This document shows positions 20,847 through 30,012 of a stretch of DNA of 64,000 nucleotides, in pieces. The translations under genes were made by a program, and so were the position numbers. The stretch's first letter is position 1. The number at the start of each line of letters is the position of its first letter. The stretch is from the NCBI GenBank assembly GCA_965237675.1, contig OZ250150.1:256001-320000 (forward strand). The letters are read 5' to 3'. The DNA comes from Candidatus Latescibacterota bacterium. GTDB taxonomy: Bacteria > Latescibacterota > UBA2968 > GCA-2709665. The notes under the pieces were generated by a model, which did not search any database, was not told where the DNA came from, and saw only the letters and a list, made by a program, of their open reading frames with translations.

Positions 20847-21050
20847 TCAGTTCCCGTCGTCGAAATAATCTACGATGGCCTCTGCAACTAACTTGGCGAC
20901 TGCTAGGATCACGATGCTTGGTCCAAAGGGTAAAACGAACCCTCCCGCCGCATTCTCCATCTCGCGGCGCGCCAGTCCAATTTCACGGCCAGGGAGTTGG
21001 GAACAGATCACGGCAGCCTGCGCTGGAGTCGATTGAATTAGATCCGTCAT
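20847..21050 (-). CDS. Double-glycine-leader peptide precursor P3 (67 aa)
   Basis: AAGGAGGTGA RBS; 37-aa leader ending GLARREMENAAGG; core FVLPFGPSIVILAVAKLVAEAIVDYFDDGN. Confidence 0.8.
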   Translation of the reverse strand: MTDLIQSTPAQAAVICSQLPGREIGLARREMENAAGGFVLPFGPSIVILAVAKLVAEAIVDYFDDGN

Positions 21051-21199
21051 TTCGTCACCTCCTTCCTCTTTGGGTCTCAGCGATACTCAGATGCATCCCT
21101 TAGCGCTAATTTGATGAGTCCATATACCTCTGCGCGAATGAATAGACGGACACATTTGGACCATCAAGGGCCACTTCTGGATGCGATATTGCTTGATGG

Positions 21200-21403
21200 C
21201 TACAGTACCGTAGACGGAACGTCGGGTTCAGGTAATTTCACGCCGAATAACTCAGCGATTAATCTTCGGAGGAGGCGCCCAAGCCCGGCGTCTCCACCGG
21301 AGATACGTGCGATCTGCCCGGCGGTCAAGTCTTCCGTCTGAATGGGTAACCGAGCCGGAATTCCGGACGAGTCCACAGGGCTTATTTCAATTCGTCTGGT
21401 CAT
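21200..21403 (-). CDS. Double-glycine-leader peptide precursor P4 (67 aa)
   Basis: AAGGAGGTGA RBS; 37-aa leader ending DLTAGQIARISGG; core DAGLGRLLRRLIAELFGVKLPEPDVPSTVL. Confidence 0.75.
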   Translation of the reverse strand: MTRRIEISPVDSSGIPARLPIQTEDLTAGQIARISGGDAGLGRLLRRLIAELFGVKLPEPDVPSTVL

Positions 21404-21631
21404 TTCTTTCACCTCCTTTCGTCAACATCCCAGCGATATCCAATCAATCTCCATTTTCTCTGATCAGGTAGCCGGATGCACATCGCTGAAATGCCGTGAT
21501 GCCCGAAGCGTTTTGTATGCCTTTTTCTGATCGCGGCACACGCCCCATTGGGGCGGCTTCGGCTGTGAGTCAACGGAAACTTCGTGACAAGGGACGCGGT
21601 TGGTCCCTCAATCCGTCGACGCATTGGACTC

Positions 21632-21646
21632 GCAAGGATTGTGCCA
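21632..21646 (-). promoter_or_regulatory. sigma54 (-24/-12) promoter
   Basis: TGGCAC-AATCC-TTGC on the minus strand, matching the consensus, about 230 bp upstream of P4. Confidence 0.7.
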
Positions 21647-22004
21647 CTCCCAGTACCCCTGGGCATAACTGTCTGGCTTGCAAACGCGGATTTATTTTTG
21701 AACTGTTGGCAAGTAGCCGTGGCACGGCTGGTTCCTGAATAATGTGTTCCACTCTGCGTCATTCAGATGAAACTTTGTTGCATTTTGCGCGGCGCCGAAC
21801 GAACCCGGAAGCGTTGCAACAAAAAAAACACCGGTGACAAGAGCCACCGATGTTCGATCCAACAAGAAACTTCAGATGGGTAATTTCAGCCCGCGCTCGG
21901 CGGGCAAGCACGCGAAGGGTATTTGGTCAACAAGGCTGCTTTATTCGCGAATCAATCATCTTCCCCGCGCACAATGGCTTGTCGAGCCCTTGAGGAATCG
22001 TGAA

Positions 22005-22309
22005 GGTGGGGCAGACATTCCTGTCTGCCCTTCTCATTGTCCTTTTGCCGGAATGCAGACAGAAGAAAGGCTTGCGCCGCCACTATAGAACCAATACTCG
22101 GGATGGCGCTTGAGCCACAGCTTACGCGCTTCTTGGAAGGCACGGCGTTTGTCCCTGGGGGATCGCGTCAGCCAGGCGAAAGGTGATCCAATAGACAGCG
22201 CCGTCCTACTTCCAGTGGGGAAGACGGCGGCGAGTTTTGGCGTTCCCGGACACAGCATTCTGAGATTTCGGTTTGCTGTATATGAGCAGACAAGAATGCC
22301 TGCTCCACC
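22005..22309 (-). mobile_element. Degenerate RAYT (REP-associated tyrosine transposase) remnant flanked by inverted REPs
   Basis: Reads RRRLPHWK*DGAVYWITFRLADAIPQ, then a frameshift, then RRAFQEARKLWLKRHPEYW. REPs: ggtggggcagacattcctgtctgccc (22005-22030) and agcagacaagaatgcctgctccacc (22285-22309). Confidence 0.65.
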
Positions 22310-22728
22310 TTTTCAAGCTTTTGTTCGAAGTATCGCTTGAGGGCATCAACCATCCGAGACAAACCGCCCTGTACTTGCTTCCGCCTCCCGAAACAGCAAG
22401 GCGCCATTGTCTCCTTTGCGCGTGCGGTGACGCAAAGGCAGACCGGTCGTCACCGTCAAATGCGAGCGGGAAACCGCTGGCATCCGCGAAGCGACGGCGC
22501 CTGGCTCTATCGTTCCGATAACGCCATCGAATGCCGCCGCTCGCTTTGACGTATTTCCACGAAAGACGTCCCGTTACAGTTGCCGAGGTTCCGAGATATC
22601 GTTAAACTTGGTAACGTCGTCGTTGAACGTTCCGCGGAACGCCAATGGGATGAGGATAACGAAGTGATAGGGCCCCGTAGCGTAAGCCGGGACCGCGTAA
22701 ATCCACCACCAGCAACCAATCGACATCT

Positions 22729-23172
22729 ATGCAACGATACGGAAAATTCCTGTCTCCGACATTCGTCAAATTCGTGCTGACCGGTCTCTCGGGAGTGTTC
22801 GTCAATCTCGGTTCGTTTCAGCTGTTGCTCAGTCTAGGCGTGCACGAATTGCTGGCGTCGCCGATTGCGATTGAACTGTCGATTATCTCGAATTTTCTGC
22901 TGAACAACTACTGGACCTTCAGCGACCGCGCGTTGTCCGGAAAGAAGCGCGTACGGGGTTTGAAATATCACCTCGTTACCCTGTTTACGCTTATGCTGAG
23001 CTATGGCACGTTCGTGTTGCTTTCCTTCCTTTTTCCCGCGGTACCACTCGTGATTTGGCAGGGCTGCGCGATTGCCCCGGCCGGTTTATTCAACTATTCC
23101 GTCAATTCCCTATGGACGTTTCGCGACGTGACCCTCGATCGGGCGGGAAACAGCGAGGACGGCGCCCAATGA
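22729..23172 (+). CDS. GtrA family protein
   Basis: FVKFVLTGLSGVFVN, NFLLNNYWTF, NY.VNSLWTF. Confidence 0.85.
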   Translation: MQRYGKFLSPTFVKFVLTGLSGVFVNLGSFQLLLSLGVHELLASPIAIELSIISNFLLNNYWTFSDRALSGKKRVRGLKYHLVTLFTLMLSYGTFVLLSFLFPAVPLVIWQGCAIAPAGLFNYSVNSLWTFRDVTLDRAGNSEDGAQ

Positions 23173-25250
23173 ATCGCGTGAATGCCATAAATAAAGGTTT
23201 TGAATCAATCCGCGATGGCACCGCTCTGGTTGCGTCCATTGTCGCGCCGCTCCTGCTTTACGTGCTGACGATGCCGCGCACCGTTGTTCTGGAAGACGAC
23301 GGGTTGTTTCTGATGGCAGGGGCGCACCTGGGCGTGGCCCATCCACCGGGATATCCGCTCTATACGCTCATTGTCTATCTCTTCACACAATTGCCCTTCG
23401 GCAGCGTCGCCTTCCTCGGCCATTTATCCAGTGCGGTACTGGGCGCGCTCGCGTGCGGTTGCGTTTATATTTGCGGCCGTCTGACAGGCGCCTCGTCGAT
23501 TCCGGCCCTGACCGCCGCGTGGCTGTTTGCCGCCTCCGAGCATTTCTGGTCTCAGGCCATTGTCACCGAGGTCTATACGCTCAATGCGCTGTTTTTCTTC
23601 GGACTCTACGTGCTGCTCTTGTTCGGCATCCGCCAGCCGCACCGAAACGGCATCTGGATTGCCGCGGCTGCGGCCTACGGATTGAGTCTCGCCAATCACC
23701 TGCCCCTGACAGTGCTGTCAACGCCGGGTTTGATCCTGCTGGTCTTTGCCGTTCGGCGCACAGTATATAGGAAACTCCCTCTGCTCCTGGCCATTCTCGT
23801 GTGCTGCGCGGCTTTTCCATATATCTGGATGATCTGGAGGTCGCACCATGAAATACTGATTAATTTCTACGGCCCTATCGATACAATTAAGGAAGTCTGG
23901 TTCTACGTCAGCCGGCAGGGGTACGTCGACGTCGATACCAGCCCCAGCGCGGGATGGGATGACCGGTTCAAGTTCATGCAGTGGCTTGGCAACGAGTCTT
24001 TGTGGCAATTGACGCTGCCGGGATTTGCCTTGTCGGTGTTCGGCCTGGTCGTTCTGTTTCGCAAGCGGCAGATCGCATTTGCGGCATCGGGATTGCTGGT
24101 CTTTTTGGGAAATAGTATTGTGTTGATCCTCCTGCTGCGCTTCGATTTCGACGATTTCCAGGTTGCGGTGTTTCGTCCCTATTCGCTGTCGTGTTACGCC
24201 ATCCAGGCAATATGGCTGGGCATTGGTCTTCACGTTGTCTATTCCTGGTTGGCAAGGAGCTTCTCCTCCAGGACGGTCCGGCAACCGAAAGTCAGAATCG
24301 GTGCGGCATCGCTGGCCGGCCTCGCGTTAGTCTGTTGGTCCGTGAATTCGCACTGGCGGGCAAACGACAGGGCCGATAGCGACTTTGCCGAGCGCTACAA
24401 TGAAATGGTGATGGACCTCGTGCCGGAAGATGGGGTCCTGTTCGTATTCGGAGATCCAACCGGCCACGTCGGCTACTATCGATACGTCGAAAACCGACGT
24501 CCGGACGTCACGCTGTACAATCTGCAGGGACTCGTATTTGGCACGCGCCTCTTCAGTCCGTTTATGTCCGCTGCGTCACGGAAAGAGACCCTGGAAAAAT
24601 TCGTCGACTCGACCGAACGCGCGCTCTTTTTTCCACTTGATGTCGATATCTATCCCGAACGTGAACAATGGATTTATGGCTTTCTTCTGCAGACCGCCAG
24701 AGGTGGCAAGCCGGGGACGATAAAGCTGAAGCGCCACCCACGCGGCGAGGAGTTCTTCGTACACCTCATCAACCGGCAGCCCATCGATCGCTGGGAGCGC
24801 GTCAGGCGCAACGAATTGCTGTTTCAATATGGGCAATACCTGGGATTGATCCATTTTACGGGCCACCCGCTACGCGATCAAGTACAGGACCTGCTCCAAC
24901 TCGCACATGGAACTTATGCAAGCCTCCTCGGCATGGCCACCGTCTTACTGGATAACGGAAACAGCTCAAACTGGGAGCAGGTCTCGGCATGGTTGGCCAG
25001 GGCGGAGACGCTGAAGCACGAAGCCCTGAAGAAGAAAACTCTCGCGGAGCTATACTACCTGAAAGGAAGGTTGCTACAGAAGCAGGATCAGACCAACGCG
25101 GCCATCGTGTCGTTCAGGAAGTCCCGAGATATATATCCCCATCCCCAGAACAAGGCGCTCGAAGCCCTCGACCAATACAGGATCGACTTCAAACGCGTCA
25201 ATCCGCCTGGTCCAAAGAGCTCCAAATCCGGCTTGCCCCTCCCCCGTTAA
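23169..25250 (+). CDS. DUF2723 / TMEM260-like GT-C membrane glycosyltransferase with a C-terminal TPR-like tail
   Basis: LEDDGLF, LGVAHPPGYPLY, FWSQAIVTEVYTLN, GLSLANH; ATGA overlap with the gtrA-like gene. Confidence 0.8.
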   Translation: MNRVNAINKGFESIRDGTALVASIVAPLLLYVLTMPRTVVLEDDGLFLMAGAHLGVAHPPGYPLYTLIVYLFTQLPFGSVAFLGHLSSAVLGALACGCVYICGRLTGASSIPALTAAWLFAASEHFWSQAIVTEVYTLNALFFFGLYVLLLFGIRQPHRNGIWIAAAAAYGLSLANHLPLTVLSTPGLILLVFAVRRTVYRKLPLLLAILVCCAAFPYIWMIWRSHHEILINFYGPIDTIKEVWFYVSRQGYVDVDTSPSAGWDDRFKFMQWLGNESLWQLTLPGFALSVFGLVVLFRKRQIAFAASGLLVFLGNSIVLILLLRFDFDDFQVAVFRPYSLSCYAIQAIWLGIGLHVVYSWLARSFSSRTVRQPKVRIGAASLAGLALVCWSVNSHWRANDRADSDFAERYNEMVMDLVPEDGVLFVFGDPTGHVGYYRYVENRRPDVTLYNLQGLVFGTRLFSPFMSAASRKETLEKFVDSTERALFFPLDVDIYPEREQWIYGFLLQTARGGKPGTIKLKRHPRGEEFFVHLINRQPIDRWERVRRNELLFQYGQYLGLIHFTGHPLRDQVQDLLQLAHGTYASLLGMATVLLDNGNSSNWEQVSAWLARAETLKHEALKKKTLAELYYLKGRLLQKQDQTNAAIVSFRKSRDIYPHPQNKALEALDQYRIDFKRVNPPGPKSSKSGLPLPR

Positions 25251-25569
25251 AAACCCGCTCTTGTTGCCCGTCCGACCCGCCAAACATACGCCGATAACAT
25301 ACCGGCACAATACGTAGAAGCATGGGAATTCAGCGAAGATCCCATGCCCGCATCGATGTGAAAGGAGACGCTTCTCTTCCTCAATAACCAGCAAGGATCC
25401 CCAAGTACGAAGGTGGCGGTTTCTCCGACTGCATCTGCTTGACATTGCTGGACATGGTGGGTATTTTCAAGAGGCAAGCGAAGAAAACCGCGACGCCATC
25501 GCTAATTTACTAGTTTAATCGTGCGCTCTTCGAGGGGTTGAAGCCAGTCAGGGCGTGGAGGTACATACA

Positions 25570-26022
25570 ATGAGAAATGTCGATATAGCCGTGTCCAGTA
25601 CGGATGAAAAACTCCAACTCGTCGTGGAAATCAAGAACAAACCAGGTGCGTCCGCCGAGTGGGTCACACTCATGCGGCGCAATTTGCTGGTGCATTCATT
25701 TTTGCCTTTGGCTCCATACTTCCTGCTTGTGCTCCCAGACTACCTCTATCTTTGGACGGAGGCCTCTACAGCAGATAATCTGGCAAAACCTGACTACAAA
25801 ATTGAGACCACCGAAATATTCGCACCCTATCTCAAATCCAACCAATCCCTTAATGATTTAAGTGGGTATGGGCTCGAATTGCTTACGATTTCGTGGCTGG
25901 AAGATTTACTTCATACAGACATGGGACGTGACTCGGTTGACAGAAATCTCCACTGGCTCTTTAACTCGGGGTTATATGAAGCAATTACAAACGGTTCACT
26001 TGAACTCGAAGCTACAACATGA
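25570..26022 (+). CDS. Hypothetical protein (D...VVEIK nuclease-like motif), partner of the PIN gene
   Basis: RBS ggaggt before ATG 25570; ATGA overlap with the next gene. Confidence 0.6.
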   Translation: MRNVDIAVSSTDEKLQLVVEIKNKPGASAEWVTLMRRNLLVHSFLPLAPYFLLVLPDYLYLWTEASTADNLAKPDYKIETTEIFAPYLKSNQSLNDLSGYGLELLTISWLEDLLHTDMGRDSVDRNLHWLFNSGLYEAITNGSLELEATT

Positions 26023-26624
26023 TTGTGTATTTGGAGTCAAATTTCGTTCTTGAACTTGCTTTTCTTCAAGCCGAGCATGAAAATTGCTCGGCACTTTTGC
26101 GTCTATCGCAATTGGGGAAGATTCGCTTGGTATTACCCGCCTTCAGTATTGGTGAACCGTACGAAACGTGGGTGCGCCGCTCGAAGCGAAGACGAGAGAT
26201 TCACGAGGACCTTACATCGGCCATTCGAGAACTCTCTCGTTCAAGTCCTTACGAGGGGGCATCCGAACATTTCCACGAACTCACCAGCATATTGATCCGC
26301 AGTGGTGAAGAAGAGAAGCGCCGGCTGGATGAAACTCTGGAAAAAATCTTACAGACCGTTGAAGTCGTACCGGTAGGATTAAGTATTATCAGAGCCGCGA
26401 TAAATTACCAAAAGAAGCTTTACCTTTCGCCACAAGACTCGATAGTTTTTGCTTCGATTCTCGATCATCTGAATACAGCGTCCCCGGAGCCTTGCTGTTT
26501 CATCACCAAGAATTCCAAGGATTTCGCGAATCCTGATATTGAAAACGAATTGACCGTGAACAATTGCAAGCTGCTGACAAAATTCGCGGATGGCGTGGGG
26601 TATGTCGGAAGTCAGTTGGGGTAA
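26019..26624 (+). CDS. PIN-domain protein
   Basis: VYLESNF, ..QDSIVFAS, FITKNSKDF. Confidence 0.75.
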   Translation: MIVYLESNFVLELAFLQAEHENCSALLRLSQLGKIRLVLPAFSIGEPYETWVRRSKRRREIHEDLTSAIRELSRSSPYEGASEHFHELTSILIRSGEEEKRRLDETLEKILQTVEVVPVGLSIIRAAINYQKKLYLSPQDSIVFASILDHLNTASPEPCCFITKNSKDFANPDIENELTVNNCKLLTKFADGVGYVGSQLG

Positions 26625-26683
26625 GTGAGGTCACAACACAGGACCGAAGGCCGATGTGATGCCGCGCGGTGAGGCTCCCCGCT

Positions 26684-27100
26684 TCACCCGTCGCGGATTG
26701 CATCCAACTCGGGCAGCAGCCGGACGCTCTCCTGCTCGTTTGGGTCGGTGCGGGCGATGACGACGGTGCAGGTTTCGGTCTCGCTCGGATTATAGGGAAG
26801 GTGGGGCACGCCGGGTGGGATGTAGACGAAATCGCCGCTGTTGACGCACATGTGCTCCTCCAGGTTGTCACCGTACCACATCCCGGATCTGCCGCTGATA
26901 ACGTAAACGGCGGTCTCGTGGCCTTCGTGCAGATGCGCCCTGGCGCGTTCGCCCGGAGGAATTTTCAGCAGGTGCATGCAGACCCCGCGCGAGCCGGTGT
27001 TCTCGGCCGCGACGCCGGTTCGATACGTAAAGGCCTGCTTGCCGGTGTAGACTGCCTGGGAGCGAATTAACTTGCACGCTTGAGTAGTTGGCGACGACAT
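26684..27100 (-). CDS. Cupin domain protein
   Basis: IPPGERARAHLHEGHETAVY, GDFVYIPPGVPH. Confidence 0.85.
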   Translation of the reverse strand: MSSPTTQACKLIRSQAVYTGKQAFTYRTGVAAENTGSRGVCMHLLKIPPGERARAHLHEGHETAVYVISGRSGMWYGDNLEEHMCVNSGDFVYIPPGVPHLPYNPSETETCTVVIARTDPNEQESVRLLPELDAIRDG

Positions 27101-27169
27101 AGTTCCTCTCTTCCGGATTTGGCGACAAGGTCGAATCAATACACGGCGGGCCCCGCGTTATCGCGGGTT

Positions 27170-27943
27170 TCAGATCTTCACGACTCGACAACAGAAAACC
27201 GGCCAAAAAAACTCGAAATCGTCATCACCTGAACGACGTATCCCGAACTCACTTCTGACATCCTGAGATGCGGCAGCGAAATCCCGATACAATCCCTCCG
27301 AGGCCGCCTCAGGTGTACCCGACCTGTTGACCCAATCCCAGAACGTCATGTCCACCTGCGTCGCGGCAGTATGGGTTATTTCAAAACCGGTGTCTGTCAC
27401 GTGCCTGCGCCACTCAGACGGTGTTGGCGCCGTTGCGTGCGAGGGATCCCGCGCCACTTCCACACGATGATGCCACGTAGCGACGGCGGCGTCCTCCGAT
27501 GTGGTCGTATCGCACAGCAGAAAGACGCCCCCGGGCCTCAACACCCGGTGGACTTCTGAAAGAAACTTCCCGATGTCCCGAAAATGGTGCGGTGCGGTCC
27601 GACAGGTGACCAGGTCAATGGATGCGTCCGGGTACGGAATATCGCTTGCATCGATCCTTTCGAAACGGACGTTTGCAATGCCTCGCCTGGCGGCGATTTT
27701 GCGGGCCTGGTCCAGCATGCCTTGCGCGATGTCAGAAGCCACGATTGTGTCGCAGAACCCGGCAACAGCGAACGCCGTAAAGCCGGGACCGGTGGCAATA
27801 TCCAGACCCAACGGGTAGCGTTCGAGGGATGCCCACTCCGTGAGGATGCGCAAACTCTCTCCAGACGAGTGCGCCTCGCTCACCGCGTATTTCGCCGCCT
27901 GGCGGTCGAACTGCTCCCCGGCCTCGGTCGATGTCATGTTCAA
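27170..27943 (-). CDS. Class I SAM-dependent methyltransferase
   Basis: LDIATGPG, DLVTCRTAPHHF, RVLRPGG. Confidence 0.85.
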   Translation of the reverse strand: MNMTSTEAGEQFDRQAAKYAVSEAHSSGESLRILTEWASLERYPLGLDIATGPGFTAFAVAGFCDTIVASDIAQGMLDQARKIAARRGIANVRFERIDASDIPYPDASIDLVTCRTAPHHFRDIGKFLSEVHRVLRPGGVFLLCDTTTSEDAAVATWHHRVEVARDPSHATAPTPSEWRRHVTDTGFEITHTAATQVDMTFWDWVNRSGTPEAASEGLYRDFAAASQDVRSEFGIRRSGDDDFEFFWPVFCCRVVKI

Positions 27944-28036
27944 ATTTGTACCTTCATCGTGAAATCAAACGTCCGATCGATGGACACAGTTGCCACGGCT
28001 CATACGACGCTTCAAAATGCGTTGGCAGCCGACGCC

Positions 28037-28777
28037 TTACCGCACCGCATTCGAATACCAGCCCTTCCAGGCTGGTTTCCAACCCCGGAACAACGCGATA
28101 TATAACGGGTTGGTCCATAGCAGGATCTTCCACACCGGCCACTTGTCGAAGCGCCGGCAGGATGGTTTTACCCGCAGTTCTCCAATAAATCGGACTGTCT
28201 GACCGGTTGACCTAGCAAAGAAGTCGACGTCTTCGCCTATCCAGGCCCCCTCGTCGTAGCCGCCTGTTTGCTCGAAGACACATTTGCGACAGAATTGCGT
28301 GGCGCCCTGAACCATCCCCGTAACGCGACCGAACAGCCGCCAGGCTTGCAGATAGACCCGGATAGAGTAACGCCGTGGATGATAGTCGACGTCCACACCC
28401 CCTCCGACACATTTCGGATCGCCCATCGCCGTGCAAATCACCTGGAGAAGGGCGCACGGTACGACGACGTCCGCATCGATGAAAATGAGTACCTCCCCGG
28501 TGGCGTGGCGCGCGCCTGCGTTACGTGCCCGGGAGATGCTCTGTACCGGCTCGCGAACAACCGCCGCTCCCTTCGCTCGCGCGACGGCCGCGGTGGCATC
28601 CCTGCTGTTGTTGTCAACGACAATCGTCTCGACGTCTACGTCAGTACCCGCACGGACCATTTCTGCGGCATCATGGATCGAGTCCAGCGTCGCCGCGAGA
28701 TAGGCCTCCTCGTTGAAGGCGGGGATAATAACCGTCATCCGGAGACCGGAATGCTTCGCTTCATTGCCGACCGACAT
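28037..28777 (-). CDS. Glycosyltransferase family 2
   Basis: VIIPAFNEE, VVDNNSRD, ARNAG, FIDAD, GEDVD. Confidence 0.85.
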   Translation of the reverse strand: MSVGNEAKHSGLRMTVIIPAFNEEAYLAATLDSIHDAAEMVRAGTDVDVETIVVDNNSRDATAAVARAKGAAVVREPVQSISRARNAGARHATGEVLIFIDADVVVPCALLQVICTAMGDPKCVGGGVDVDYHPRRYSIRVYLQAWRLFGRVTGMVQGATQFCRKCVFEQTGGYDEGAWIGEDVDFFARSTGQTVRFIGELRVKPSCRRFDKWPVWKILLWTNPLYIALFRGWKPAWKGWYSNAVR

Positions 28778-28829
28778 CAGATCTTCCAGGGATCTTGCCC
28801 GGCGGGAACAAAAACGCCAGATTTGGAAT

Positions 28830-29276
28830 TTATACAGCGCTGCACCCCGCCACCGGATTGCCTGGGATGCCTACGGAACAAGCAAGAATGACTACAAATG
28901 AAACTTCAAATGCGTAAAACACGACGAGTGTCACTGAGAAAATGGTTGCCATCCAGGAATGTCTCGGCTTGTCCTTATGCTGGCCCGGGTTCATGGAAAA
29001 GTCTGTCTCGTCCTGCTGTCGGACACGGTCGTATTCGGCGCGAAACAACCGCTCCTGCCACAGGAAATACCCATCCAATATCCAAAATCCGATTACGGGT
29101 ACGATAAGCGTCAATGCCAAAAGAGGCTGGTCTGTTCCGAGTCGCACCATTAATACGGCTCCAGCGACGAGGACGGTCATGCTCCAACCCTTGAGTAGGA
29201 ATGCATTGGCACCTAAGCGATTTACGACGCCCTGGATAAATTCCAAGTGCTTTACGACTCGTTCAGAGTTATTCAT
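28830..29276 (-). CDS. Small membrane protein (about 3 TM) next to TIR genes; candidate effector
   Basis: HLEFIQGVVNRLGANAFLLKGWS, FW.LDGYFLWQERLFR..YD.VR; RBS ggagg; 16 bp downstream of the TIR gene. Confidence 0.75.
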   Translation of the reverse strand: MNNSERVVKHLEFIQGVVNRLGANAFLLKGWSMTVLVAGAVLMVRLGTDQPLLALTLIVPVIGFWILDGYFLWQERLFRAEYDRVRQQDETDFSMNPGQHKDKPRHSWMATIFSVTLVVFYAFEVSFVVILACSVGIPGNPVAGCSAV

Positions 29277-29292
29277 TTGTCTTGTCCTCCGT

Positions 29293-29802
29293 CTAGTATC
29301 TCTTACGTGTGGCAATTGCGTCTTCAACCATACTCGAGAGGTTTCTGGAAATCCAACTATACCGATCCGTACTGTTCCAGCCCGATGGATTGTAGCAGGT
29401 CACAACTCTTGACATGAGTGTAAATGCCCCCGGAATCTGAATGTAGGAAAATGGAATGGAACCCATTATTGAGTTCTCGCCGAAAACATCCTTCAAACCA
29501 TGAATATACACACCCACAACGCCCATACCGCGATTCCAGGACTCGATGATTTCATAGTTTATCCACTTCCTATCTGCCGTGTTTGTCCCAGCAAGAACGA
29601 TCGTACATGACCTTCCAATCATCTGGCTCTTGATCCAATAGGCTATGGCCGCATCTCCTCTTCGCTTCACGACTTCCCAATCGTTGTCGGTCGCCGGCCT
29701 ATTACCTTCGATAACGCCGATATTGCGAACTTGGGAAGCCCGCCAGTTATCTTCCCTGTAGTAGAAGCTGTAAAACGCTCTTCTTTTTGGCCAGTTCGTC
29801 AT
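29293..29802 (-). CDS. TIR domain protein (ThsB/MTH538/DUF1863-like)
   Basis: RAFYSFYY..DNWRASQVRNIG, SCTIVLAG..TA.RKWINYEI (catalytic Glu), GVYIHGLKD. Confidence 0.85.
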   Translation of the reverse strand: MTNWPKRRAFYSFYYREDNWRASQVRNIGVIEGNRPATDNDWEVVKRRGDAAIAYWIKSQMIGRSCTIVLAGTNTADRKWINYEIIESWNRGMGVVGVYIHGLKDVFGENSIMGSIPFSYIQIPGAFTLMSRVVTCYNPSGWNSTDRYSWISRNLSSMVEDAIATRKRY

Positions 29803-30012
29803 TCTAAATCCAACTGGGAGTCGGTGAGACGCGCCGAGGACTACACTCGGCAACTATGGTTCGTCTTTCAGGATATGTACACGGGCAAAGGAGCCTGTCG
29901 GAGAACCCCAATTTTGTGCGATCATCATTCAATATATTGATTTTATATTCCCAAATAACACTATTTATTGTATGCCGGGAGATGCTGGCATAGGTATTCC
30001 GACAGGCACCTA

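Noticed and set aside
7791-21403. Lanthipeptide, TOMM or sactipeptide classification
   Set aside because: No LanB/C/M, YcaO or radical SAM gene in the window; P2-P4 cores lack Cys.
22545-22728. Possible glycosyltransferase remnant upstream of the gtrA-like gene
   Set aside because: Only a vague resemblance (VAEVP, FRD); not supportable by eye.
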